This document shows positions 54,654 through 63,015 of a DNA stretch of 64,000 nucleotides, piece after piece. A program made the position numbers and the translations under genes. The stretch lies in the NCBI GenBank assembly GCA_029262475.1, contig JAJCZG010000019.1:5789-69788 (forward strand). The letters run 5' to 3'. The first letter of the stretch is position 1. Each line of letters opens with the position of its first letter. The notes under the pieces are model-generated. The model saw only the letters and a program-made list of their open reading frames with translations, did not search any database and was not told where the DNA came from. The DNA is from Deltaproteobacteria bacterium (lineage in GTDB: Bacteria > Desulfobacterota > GWC2-55-46 > JAJCZF01).

Positions 54654-55535
54654 CTATACCGCTTCGCTTTCGTCTTCCGGGAACTCAATCTCTACAGATG
54701 TATGGCCGTATTCCTGCAAGCGGTTTGTTTTGACCTTGATGTCGCAGGGGTTACAGTGTCCGTAGTCGTCGCAGGGGCGGTATATTTCTTCTATCTGGAA
54801 TGCGGGGTCGAGGATGTTCCCGACCGGCGCGCGCCCTTCGTAGAGGTCGCTGTGGCATCTATAGACAGAGGCGTCGGGCCCCATTATTAACTCGGTCGTC
54901 TTGCAGAGGACGTGTTTTTTGAAGGTCTTATCGCATGCCCCCTCGTAACGGAAGCTCCCGTATAACTTGCCTTCGTACTCGCCCAGAAATTCCTTAAAGC
55001 GGAAGTCGATGCCCTTTTCCGTACATATCGCCTGGGCTTCCCGTACGACGTCTTCTTGTGTCGGGTGGAGGACAGACCATATGCCGATGCTAAAGTTCGC
55101 CTCTAACATGCGCTGGACCTTTTCGATCAAGGGGTTTAGCTCCATCACCTCCGGGTGGTAGCTAACTCTGATGGAAGCGTACGGGGCGTCGCGCTTAATA
55201 CGCGCCGGGTCCATCTTGGCGATAAACTCCTCGACGTCGAATTGGAGGTTCGTGAGGATATCGATCTTTAGCTCCGGCTTTATATTATTTAGTATATATA
55301 TGAAGTCTTTGTGGATGCTCGGTTCGCCGCCCTGAAGCGTGAGCGGCAGATCCTTCCTGGGTACTATCCGGTTAAGCCCCTTTACCCACTCTTCGCCGGA
55401 GATATGCTTCTTTACGCTCGCCGGCAGGCCGAAGTGGTTAATGCAGTAGCTGCACGTAAGGTTACAGCCGAGTGTCAGGAAGGCCGCCACGTAGTTATGG
55501 CTAGCGGGTATTATAATGGGTTTAAGGTCGCTCAT
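54654..55535 (-). CDS. radical SAM protein (operon gene 7) with a Cys/His-rich C-terminus
   Basis: GCNLTCSYC (Cx3Cx2C), a LTLQGGEPS glycine-rich SAM motif, and C-terminal CHSDLY...CDDYGHCNPCD. Confidence 0.85.
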   Translation of the reverse strand: MSDLKPIIIPASHNYVAAFLTLGCNLTCSYCINHFGLPASVKKHISGEEWVKGLNRIVPRKDLPLTLQGGEPSIHKDFIYILNNIKPELKIDILTNLQFDVEEFIAKMDPARIKRDAPYASIRVSYHPEVMELNPLIEKVQRMLEANFSIGIWSVLHPTQEDVVREAQAICTEKGIDFRFKEFLGEYEGKLYGSFRYEGACDKTFKKHVLCKTTELIMGPDASVYRCHSDLYEGRAPVGNILDPAFQIEEIYRPCDDYGHCNPCDIKVKTNRLQEYGHTSVEIEFPEDESEAV

Positions 55536-55537
55536 GA

Positions 55538-56476
55538 TCAGCCCTTCTCATTAAAGAGTTTTTCTATGTTGGCGTAAACGGTCTCTACGCTTATGTCGTA
55601 CATGCAGCTTCTTTCCATGACGCACTCTGTGCTCAGGCACGGGAGGCAGTCGTACTCCTTCTCCGGGAGGAGCTTGACGCCGTTCTTAAGGTAAACTTCG
55701 GTGGAGATCGTCGGCCCGAAGAGGGAGACTATCTTCTTACCCAGCGCATGGGCGATGTGGAGCCCGAGCGAGTCGTTGGTTACGAGGAGATCGACGGAGT
55801 TTATCCAGTCGATATAATCCTCGATGGAGTTTTGACCCTCTTGCCAGCTAACGGTGCGTCTGCCTTTAAGCTTCTCTTCGAGCGCTTTCCAGTACTCCGT
55901 CGGCCATGCCTTGATGGGCCACTTATTACCGACGTTAAAGTTAAAGCCTATGTCGAACTTTTCTTCCCGTTCCTTTGGCTTGTAGCCGAGTACAGGGGCT
56001 TCATTTTGCCACTCGGAGCCTACCATCTCGAAGAGGATATGCTCCCAGTACTTGTTGCTTGAAATCTTATCGCCCGGGTTTACGCACATCTCTATAACGT
56101 GCTGTGAGCCGTCGTAGGCCTTGGCCGTGCCGCTATCCGGGTCGAAGCGGAAGCCGTAGCGCCGCCATGCCGTAATGGAGTCGGCAAGGGCGCAGAGCCC
56201 GGCGACCTTTTCGAGGTTTATGATCGTATCGAAGCGTTCGGCCTGGAGCTGAAGAACGCTCGTCAGGTCGTAGGGGAAGATCCTCTCGATATAGGGGTTG
56301 CCCTTGAGGAGAAGGATCGCCTTTTCATCGACGAGCCAGCTTACGCTCGCGTCTTTAAAGAGGTGAAGAAGTACCGTGCTCCTAAGAACGTCCCCGAGGC
56401 TCGTCGTCCTGCTTATCTCGTTAACGAGTGTCTCCGAGTAACCCGGTTTAATTATAAGCACTCTCTCTTTTGACAA
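55538..56476 (-). CDS. glycosyltransferase family 9 (heptosyltransferase-fold) protein (operon gene 6)
   Basis: RVLIIKPGYSETL..SLGDVLRSTVLL at the N-terminus. LLVTNDSLGLHIAHALGKKIVSLFGPT at the C-terminus. TTG start. Confidence 0.75.
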   Translation of the reverse strand: MSKERVLIIKPGYSETLVNEISRTTSLGDVLRSTVLLHLFKDASVSWLVDEKAILLLKGNPYIERIFPYDLTSVLQLQAERFDTIINLEKVAGLCALADSITAWRRYGFRFDPDSGTAKAYDGSQHVIEMCVNPGDKISSNKYWEHILFEMVGSEWQNEAPVLGYKPKEREEKFDIGFNFNVGNKWPIKAWPTEYWKALEEKLKGRRTVSWQEGQNSIEDYIDWINSVDLLVTNDSLGLHIAHALGKKIVSLFGPTISTEVYLKNGVKLLPEKEYDCLPCLSTECVMERSCMYDISVETVYANIEKLFNEKG

Positions 56477-56489
56477 AGATATAATTCCC

Positions 56490-57968
56490 TTATTTTGTCT
56501 GTTTAAGGAGCGACTGATCGTCCTTGTGCTTGAACTTTTCCAGTATGAATGATTCGTAGATGGTCCTTATGGTATCCAGGACGGAGAACTTCATCGGGTA
56601 GATGCTCTTCTTGATAACATACGCCTTTACCAAAAAGTATGATACGAAATAGAGCTTCGTTAGCGGTAGTTTTATAAGCTTATTTACTACCAGGTTCCGT
56701 GTGGACGGAAAAAGCAGGCAGACCGTGCCGAGGAGCGAGAGGTTCACCTGCATGAGCTTTTCTTTATCCGTAAAGCCGCTTAGAGGCGAGAAGGTCTGGT
56801 AGTTCATGTGGAGCTTGTCGAAGTCTCCGTCGAAGAAGCCGTGCTTTATGGCGTACTCGCCGAGCTCTGTCTTCGGGTACGGGAAGAATACAGGGAACTC
56901 TCCGAATGTGACTTTGCAGGCAATATTAAGGTCCAGGCTCTCGATGTCGTTTTCAATGGTAGAGCCTGGGGTAGCGAGTATCGTATTCGAGAATGTCGGT
57001 ATCTCGTGCTTCCGGCATAGTGCGAACGCGTTGGTAAGGACCTCTTCTGCCATGTTGCGCTTTAGGATGTCGTCGCGTATGTGCGCGTTACCGCTCTCTA
57101 TGGACATGCTTATGGAGGCCATGCCGGCCTGCTTGAGTTTCTTAAGTACGGACTCTGTAAGGAGGTTAGCCCTCATGAGACAGTGAAAGGGCAGGCCAAT
57201 CTCTTTTGGGAATTTCTCGACGAATTCGTCGAGCCACTCGTCGTCCTTTAAGACGAATATGTCGTCGTAGAACTTTATGAACTGTGTAGGGTAGTTACTT
57301 TTAAGCTCTTTTAGTTCGGCTATGATGCGGTCCACGCTTAAGCGGCTCATGAGCGGGCCGTTCCCTTTGTAGAGCTTGTTGTATATGTGGTTAAAGCAGT
57401 AGGTGCACTTGTACGGGCAGCCCCGGCTTATCATAAAGCTCCTCATCGGGAACCTCCCGAGCCTCGTCTGTCTGTAGACTAGCTCCCGGTCCAGGAAGGG
57501 CAGATCGTCTAAGGTTCTTCTCCGTTCGCGCATCTTAAGGGGTTTGCCCGGCTGGTAGTTCTTCTTGGTTACAATATTGGGGATTATCTCCAGGGGGCGG
57601 TTGTCTCTGAGGTTACCGAGGAGCTCGGGCCAGGCGTCGTCCCCTTCGCCTACGCAGAGCGCGTCGATATCGTGCTTCATTATGATATCCGGGAAGAAGG
57701 TGACGTGCGGGCCGCCGAATACTGTAAATATTTTCGGATCGATCTTCTTTACCGCGTCGTTTGCCGTAATGTAATATCTGTGTTCGCCTGTCTTTGCGCT
57801 GAAGGCGGCGACATCGGGCTTGAACTTTTTTATCGTCTTCTTTAATTTGCCGTCGGCAAGGACGCATAGCTCCGTCTCGTGCCCCTTCTCCTTAGCAAGC
57901 GCTGAGAGGAGCATTACCCCCATAGGGTCTATATACTCGACGTCTTTTATTACAAATAGAATTCTCAT
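56490..57968 (-). CDS. B12-binding-domain radical SAM protein, class B type (operon gene 5)
   Basis: N-terminal Rossmann-like module MRILFVIKDVEYIDPMGVMLLSALAKEKGHE...FGGPHVTF, then SRGCPYKCTYC. 492 aa. Confidence 0.82.
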   Translation of the reverse strand: MRILFVIKDVEYIDPMGVMLLSALAKEKGHETELCVLADGKLKKTIKKFKPDVAAFSAKTGEHRYYITANDAVKKIDPKIFTVFGGPHVTFFPDIIMKHDIDALCVGEGDDAWPELLGNLRDNRPLEIIPNIVTKKNYQPGKPLKMRERRRTLDDLPFLDRELVYRQTRLGRFPMRSFMISRGCPYKCTYCFNHIYNKLYKGNGPLMSRLSVDRIIAELKELKSNYPTQFIKFYDDIFVLKDDEWLDEFVEKFPKEIGLPFHCLMRANLLTESVLKKLKQAGMASISMSIESGNAHIRDDILKRNMAEEVLTNAFALCRKHEIPTFSNTILATPGSTIENDIESLDLNIACKVTFGEFPVFFPYPKTELGEYAIKHGFFDGDFDKLHMNYQTFSPLSGFTDKEKLMQVNLSLLGTVCLLFPSTRNLVVNKLIKLPLTKLYFVSYFLVKAYVIKKSIYPMKFSVLDTIRTIYESFILEKFKHKDDQSLLKQTK

Positions 57969-57972
57969 ATAT

Positions 57973-58740
57973 TTATCCGAATTGTCCTATGCGCCTCGGG
58001 CGTTTGTTGTATTTGGCGCGTCCTGTGACCCGTACCTCGATAAAGAGGCCCCATAGCGCCGTGAAGACGCTCAAAATGTTTCTCGGAGCGAATGCCTTGC
58101 TCTCGCCGGCCTCGCGCTGGATTATATCTACTCCCACTTCGGTATAACTCGACCCGGATTTAATGAGCCTTACGAGTATCGTCGCCATATAGGCAAATCC
58201 GTGAGTCTTTATGGGAATTTTCTTTATATCCGAGCTCTTTAAGACGCATGTACCGTTATAGTAATGAAGATCGAGCCCGGAGATGAGGTTCATCAGCATT
58301 ACGAAGGCCTTTGATACGATCCTCCTCGACATTGGTCTAACCCACATATTCGCCGTATAGGGGACTATGATGTCGGCCATGCCGACATGGCCGAATATCT
58401 TCGAGATCGCCGCTTCCGGTATCTCGTTATCACCGGGTACCATTATAACATAATCCTTGGAGGCGATTCTAACCCCTTCTTTAAAGTTGTAGCCAAAGCC
58501 CATGTTAGTGGCGTTATGTATTACCTTAATGTGCTGGTCTTTGGCGCTAAGGCTGTCTGCTACTTTGCCGGTGTCGTCGGTGCTTTTGTCGTTAAAAATT
58601 AGTATCTCGTGGTCGCTAAAACGCTCACCGAGGGCTTTATTTATGCACTCGACCGTGCCTTCGATATTCTCGGCCTCGTTATACGCGGGCACTACGACCG
58701 ATATCGTCTGTTTTAAGTCTGTCATATTGTCATCCGGCAA
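57973..58740 (-). CDS. glycosyltransferase family 2 protein, polyprenyl-phosphate glycosyltransferase-like (operon gene 4)
   Basis: ISVVVPAYNEAENI, FNDKSTDDTG and VPGDNE (DxD-like). The alternative ATG at 58725 would remove the 11-nt overlap with the upstream gene. Confidence 0.82.
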   Translation of the reverse strand: MPDDNMTDLKQTISVVVPAYNEAENIEGTVECINKALGERFSDHEILIFNDKSTDDTGKVADSLSAKDQHIKVIHNATNMGFGYNFKEGVRIASKDYVIMVPGDNEIPEAAISKIFGHVGMADIIVPYTANMWVRPMSRRIVSKAFVMLMNLISGLDLHYYNGTCVLKSSDIKKIPIKTHGFAYMATILVRLIKSGSSYTEVGVDIIQREAGESKAFAPRNILSVFTALWGLFIEVRVTGRAKYNKRPRRIGQFG

Positions 58741-59776
58741 TCACCCTCTTTACCGCGTTCTCAATTTCAGTAACACCGGGGTAGTAGGCCGCTTCAAGGA
58801 CGGGGCTCGCCGGTGTCGGGCAGTCGGGGATGTTAATCCTCTCCACCGGGGCTTTGAGCGCGCCAAAGGCGTCTTCAACGAGCCTAGTCGTTATCTCAGC
58901 CCCAATGCCGCCGTACTGCCAGCCTGTGTCGGCTACGACGAGCCTGCCCGTCTTCTTTACAGAAGATATTATAAGCTCCGTATCTAGCGGCCTAAGTGTC
59001 CTCGGGTCTATTATCTCGCACTCAATGCCCTCTTCGGCGAGCGATCTCGCGGCCTTTGTCGCCTCTGCTGCCATATGCGATATCGCGACTATCGTCACAT
59101 CCGACCCTTCGCGCCTTACAACACCCTTACCGAGCGGCACGGTGTAGGGCTCTTCCGGCACGTGGCCTGTGTGTCCGTAGAGCCATCGGTGTTCGATAAA
59201 TATTACGGGGTTTCCGTCGGCGGAAGCGCTCATAAGGAGCCCCTTGGCATCGTACGGGGTCGCTGGCATTACTACCTTTAGCCCCGGGATGTGGGCGAAG
59301 AGGGCGTGGATATTTTGCGAGTGCTGCGCCGCAGAACCCCAGCCCCGCCCGACTATGCTCCTTATGACCATCGGCACGTGAACCGCGCCTCCAAACATAT
59401 AATGCCACTTTGCGGCGTGGTTTAAAATCGGGTCCATCGTGAGCGGCATGAAGTCGATACGCATGTGGACAAGTATCGGACGCATCCCCGCCGTAGCCGC
59501 GCCTGCGGCAATACCGGTAAGTGCGTTCTCGGCGAGCGGGGTGTCGAAGACGCGTTCGTCGCCGAACTCTGTATGGAGCCCTAGCGTAGAGCCGAAGACG
59601 CCGCCCGGGTCGTCTATGCCTTCGCCGAAGATAAAGACGCGCTCGTCGTCCCTAAGGAGCTGCGCCTGCGCTTCCCTTAGGGCCTCGGCGTAGGTGATGC
59701 CGCGAAGCGGCACGCTTGAGGCCTTGGCCGCCTCTTCGAATTCTGTCTTGTCGCTATATATCTTAGTCCAGGGCAT
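58730..59776 (-). CDS. TPP-dependent 2-oxoacid dehydrogenase E1 component, beta subunit (operon gene 3)
   Basis: ITYAEALREA..., VFIFGEGIDDPGGVFGST, FDTPLAENALTGIAAGAA and a C-terminal transketolase-C-like block, EIIDPRTLRPLD. Confidence 0.85.
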   Translation of the reverse strand: MPWTKIYSDKTEFEEAAKASSVPLRGITYAEALREAQAQLLRDDERVFIFGEGIDDPGGVFGSTLGLHTEFGDERVFDTPLAENALTGIAAGAATAGMRPILVHMRIDFMPLTMDPILNHAAKWHYMFGGAVHVPMVIRSIVGRGWGSAAQHSQNIHALFAHIPGLKVVMPATPYDAKGLLMSASADGNPVIFIEHRWLYGHTGHVPEEPYTVPLGKGVVRREGSDVTIVAISHMAAEATKAARSLAEEGIECEIIDPRTLRPLDTELIISSVKKTGRLVVADTGWQYGGIGAEITTRLVEDAFGALKAPVERINIPDCPTPASPVLEAAYYPGVTEIENAVKRVIAG

Positions 59777-59861
59777 CTTTAATTTTATTTCCCTTTATAG
59801 AGTTGGCTTCGGTTGAAGCTCTTTAGTATCCGGGTTTTGTAATTATATCGTGCTTTTAGTC

Positions 59862-60845
59862 TTACTCCCCTTTGAAGTAAACTTCTGTTAGAAGATCTTC
59901 CGCAAGCGGGTAAGGAGCGGCCTTACTGAAGCGTACGGCCTCTTCTATCTCTTCCGCGATAACAGCACCTATCTCGATAAGCCCGGCCTTATCCGATACT
60001 CCCTCATTTACGAGCCTGTCATCGAAGCGTTTCACCGGGCATTTCTCCATCCAATCCGTTAGCTCGACTTCCGGCCTGCACCCTTTAAGGTGGTCAGCTT
60101 CCGGCCCGACATGCCCTTTCCATCGGTAGGTTACGGCCTCTATGAGGCTCGGCCCCCCGCCTTCTCTCGCAAGCCCTATCGCTTCCTTCGCGGTAGCGTA
60201 GACGGCCTCGACATCATTTCCGTCAATGCATCTCCCCGGTATCTTGTAGGCGTTAGCCATCCCTGATATATCGCATGTGGCGTGCCTTGCGTGCTGCGGG
60301 GAGTTGGTGGCATAGCCGTTATTTTCACAGATAAATACAACAGGTAGATTTTTAAGCGCTGCGAAGTTCATGGACTCGTAGAAGACCCCCTCTTCAGAGG
60401 CCCCGTCTCCGAGGAATATGACGGTCACAAAACCGTCCTTTCTTATGCTTGAGGCGAGCGCTGAGCCGACGCCCATCGGGATGCCCCCTCCGACTATCGC
60501 CGAAGTCCCGAGCATCCCTCTCTCTACGTCCACGACATGCATGGAGCCGCCCTTGCCTTTGCTGCACCCTGCGGCCTTGCCGTAGAATTCAGCCATAAGG
60601 GCTTTTATATCCGCACCCTTGGCTATTGCGTGGCCGTGGCACCGGTGGTTGCTTACGATGTAGTCGGTCTTCGTTAGGTTTGCGCAGACGCCGGCGGCTA
60701 TCGCCTCCTGACCGATATAGAGGTGCACAGGGCACTTCATCTCCTGCTCCGGGTAGAGCTCGACGATCTTCTCCTCGAAGAGGCGAATTTTAAGCATCGT
60801 GGAGTAAAGGCCAAGTAAAGTTTCTTTTGAGAGTTTGCTCGTCAT
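59862..60845 (-). CDS. TPP-dependent 2-oxoacid dehydrogenase E1 component, alpha subunit (operon gene 2)
   Basis: TPP motif FLGDGASEEGVFYESMNFAALKNLPVVFICENNGYA, and YRWKGH. Confidence 0.85.
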   Translation of the reverse strand: MTSKLSKETLLGLYSTMLKIRLFEEKIVELYPEQEMKCPVHLYIGQEAIAAGVCANLTKTDYIVSNHRCHGHAIAKGADIKALMAEFYGKAAGCSKGKGGSMHVVDVERGMLGTSAIVGGGIPMGVGSALASSIRKDGFVTVIFLGDGASEEGVFYESMNFAALKNLPVVFICENNGYATNSPQHARHATCDISGMANAYKIPGRCIDGNDVEAVYATAKEAIGLAREGGGPSLIEAVTYRWKGHVGPEADHLKGCRPEVELTDWMEKCPVKRFDDRLVNEGVSDKAGLIEIGAVIAEEIEEAVRFSKAAPYPLAEDLLTEVYFKGE

Positions 60846-60857
60846 CTTAATTCTTTT

Positions 60858-61922
60858 TTATATAAAGTTAACGTGTCCGGACGGGTTTTTAAGTTCCCAC
60901 AGGTATCTGTTCACCTCGTCCATGCGGCAGTTTTGTCTACAGTTGGTCGTGTCGAGCTCTTTTGAAACGTACTCCATCATCTTTCTTCTCTTCTCACCCT
61001 TCCATACATTCTCAAAGCCGTCCTTTATGACGTTACCGAGAGAGAATCTCTCGTCCCCGAGGTATGCGCTACAGCCCCAGAGCCCTCCGCCCGCGTCTAT
61101 ATACGACCAGTAGGGAAGCGCCAGACAGCGCGTGTAGCGGTCCTGGTCTTCGAGCTTCTTCATGGTGCGCGAGCGGAATATGACCTGAAAATCGTCCGTG
61201 CTAAGAGGAGCGAGCTCATCTTCCAAGTGCATGTAGTCGGAGTATTTAAAATCTTTATAGAGTGTCGTGTGGCTCTTTAGGTGCTGCGAGTAGGGTTTTA
61301 TCACCAGATAGTCCGCGCCTATCTCGCGTGCCTTCCTGGCGAGTGGAACGGCCTCGTCAATGTTTTCCGGGAGGAGTATCATCTGCATGCCGATCGCACT
61401 CTTTAAACCCTTTTCTTTACGGTACTTTACGGCTAGTGAGATATTCTCGATAACCTTCTCTACATCGTCGGCCGCAGTCCTGTGGACCTTGGCGTATATC
61501 TCCGGACTTAGGGCGTTTATGCTCACCTTTATCCATGTTATCGAGGCTAAAGTCTCTTTAATGAGTTTTTCCTTAAAGAGGACGCCGTTTGAGGTGATGG
61601 CGACGTCTATGCCGCTCTCCTTGGTGTGGTTTATGATACCGGCGATATCCTTATGGAGGAGTGGTTCGCCCTCTCCGGCGAACATTACGCTCTTTATCCC
61701 CAGACGTCCCATCTCGGTTAGACGCTCTTTAAGTATATCGGTCTCTAAAAAGCGCGTCTGGTACTCCATGTAGTCGAGGGCGCAGTATGTGCACCTGTGG
61801 TTACACGCCCCGGCAGGAGATATCTCCACGTATATAGGGTAGATGTCAACGCCGCTAAGCCAGTCGTTTACCCTCGGTATATGGTATATTAACTTGTGGC
61901 TGTCTATCCTGAATTTGTCCAT
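60858..61922 (-). CDS. radical SAM protein (operon gene 1)
   Basis: GACNHRCTYC (Cx3Cx2C), FAGEGEPLL, and extra C-terminal cysteines (RCLALP...WGCSAY...NCRQNC). I prefer the ATG at 61922, which lies 8 nt after AAGGA and downstream of the predicted promoter. The ORF is open to 61958. Confidence 0.85.
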   Translation of the reverse strand: MDKFRIDSHKLIYHIPRVNDWLSGVDIYPIYVEISPAGACNHRCTYCALDYMEYQTRFLETDILKERLTEMGRLGIKSVMFAGEGEPLLHKDIAGIINHTKESGIDVAITSNGVLFKEKLIKETLASITWIKVSINALSPEIYAKVHRTAADDVEKVIENISLAVKYRKEKGLKSAIGMQMILLPENIDEAVPLARKAREIGADYLVIKPYSQHLKSHTTLYKDFKYSDYMHLEDELAPLSTDDFQVIFRSRTMKKLEDQDRYTRCLALPYWSYIDAGGGLWGCSAYLGDERFSLGNVIKDGFENVWKGEKRRKMMEYVSKELDTTNCRQNCRMDEVNRYLWELKNPSGHVNFI

Positions 61923-61961
61923 GTAAGAATTCCTTTTATATAATATAAACTTTGACATTTA

Positions 61962-61991
61962 ATTATAGCATAGCTAACTATTGCAGAACAA
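61962..61991 (-). promoter_or_regulatory. candidate extended -10 promoter (TTGTTC-N18-TGcTATAAT) for the radical-SAM operon
   Basis: Read on the reverse complement. Its position argues against the 61958 start codon. Confidence 0.45.
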
Positions 61992-62046
61992 ATTAAAATG
62001 CGTTAATGCACATAGGGCATTCCGAGCCCTTATATATTAATTATTG

Positions 62047-62075
62047 TTGACGCATCTTTATCCTCCTGATATCTT
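62047..62075 (+). promoter_or_regulatory. candidate promoter, TTGACG-N17-TATCTT, for the aldolase gene
   Basis: Hexamers and spacer counted in the sequence. It is divergent from the minus-strand promoter. Confidence 0.4.
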
Positions 62076-62098
62076 AAATGCTTATAAAACTGCGTTAT

Positions 62099-62127
62099 AA
62101 AATAGGCTAATTAACCGAAAATAGGCT
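62099..62127 (+). promoter_or_regulatory. two copies of a 10-bp direct repeat, aaaataggct, 19 bp apart start-to-start, in the aldolase 5' region
   Basis: The copies lie at 62099-62108 and 62118-62127, between the predicted -10 and the RBS AAGGAGG. Confidence 0.4.
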
Positions 62128-62148
62128 CAATATAAGGAGGAACACGTT

Positions 62149-62964
62149 ATGGATTGGGGTATGCAGAATCGTCTATCGAATATTATAAAGCCGGATACCG
62201 GAAGGACAGTAATGCTTGCGGTCGACCACGGATATTTCCTCGGCCCCACTACCGGCCTCGAAGCGCCGGGTAAGACCGTCGAGCCGCTTCTCGAGTACGC
62301 CGATACGCTTATGCTTACTAGAGGAGTCTTAAGGAGCTGCGTGGACCCGAATACCGACGTGCCTATAGTTTTAAGGGTTTCGGGAGGGACGAGCATACTC
62401 GGTAATCTCGCAAACGAGGGGCTTACCGTATCGATGAAGGACGCGGTGAGGCTAAATGTTTCAGGTGTCGCGCTCTCCATATTTGTCGGCGACGCGCTCG
62501 AAAAGCAATCCCTCCTCAATATGGCAAAGCTGGTAGACGAGGCTACGGAGTACGGCATACCGACACTTGCGGTAACTGCCGTCGGCAAAGAGATGGTCCG
62601 CGACGCGAGATACTTAGGGCTTGCCTGCAGGATCGCCGCAGAGCTCGGCGTTCAATTCGTTAAGACATACTACTGCGACGGCTTTGAGAAGATCATCGAG
62701 AACTGCCCGGTGCCTGTCGTCATCGCCGGAGGAAAGAAGATCCCGGAAGCCGACGCCTTAAAGCTTGCCTATAACGGAATAAAGAAGGGTGCAGTGGGTG
62801 TCGATATGGGCAGAAACATCTTCCAGAGCGAACACCCTGTGCCTATGATAAGGGCCGTACGCGAGGTTGTACATAATAACATGACTGCGAAGAAGGCTCT
62901 TGACCTCTACGAGACACTTGCCGAAGAGGAAAAGAAGAAGTCCAGGCGTAAGAGCAAAAATTAA
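62149..62964 (+). CDS. class I aldolase of the DhnA/FbaB / LsrF / ADH-synthase family, with a Lys/Arg-rich C-terminal tail
   Basis: VMLAVDHGYFLGP, RVSGGTS, and FVKTYY (putative Schiff-base Lys region). GVDMGRNIF is also present. The tail reads EEEKKKSRRKSKN. 271 aa. Confidence 0.75.
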   Translation: MDWGMQNRLSNIIKPDTGRTVMLAVDHGYFLGPTTGLEAPGKTVEPLLEYADTLMLTRGVLRSCVDPNTDVPIVLRVSGGTSILGNLANEGLTVSMKDAVRLNVSGVALSIFVGDALEKQSLLNMAKLVDEATEYGIPTLAVTAVGKEMVRDARYLGLACRIAAELGVQFVKTYYCDGFEKIIENCPVPVVIAGGKKIPEADALKLAYNGIKKGAVGVDMGRNIFQSEHPVPMIRAVREVVHNNMTAKKALDLYETLAEEEKKKSRRKSKN

Positions 62965-63015
62965 TAACTTGGAAGATGAACTTTCATTAAAACAGATACC
63001 GGAAGGGGTTTATTT

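Noticed and set aside
56490-58740. GT2 plus B12-type radical SAM read as hopanoid hpnI-hpnJ
   Set aside because: No squalene-hopene cyclase, hpnH, hpnG or hpnK lies nearby. The GT2 is much shorter than I recall HpnI being. The radical-SAM N-terminus looks like a generic B12-binding module. There is not enough evidence to make this call.
58730-60845. E1 alpha/beta as part of an ordinary pyruvate, acetoin or branched-chain 2-oxoacid dehydrogenase complex
   Set aside because: No E2 (lipoyl/catalytic) or E3 gene lies adjacent. The pair is embedded between radical-SAM and glycosyltransferase genes, with overlapping or abutting coding regions. This cannot be excluded without the whole genome, so it is listed as a refutation test rather than accepted.
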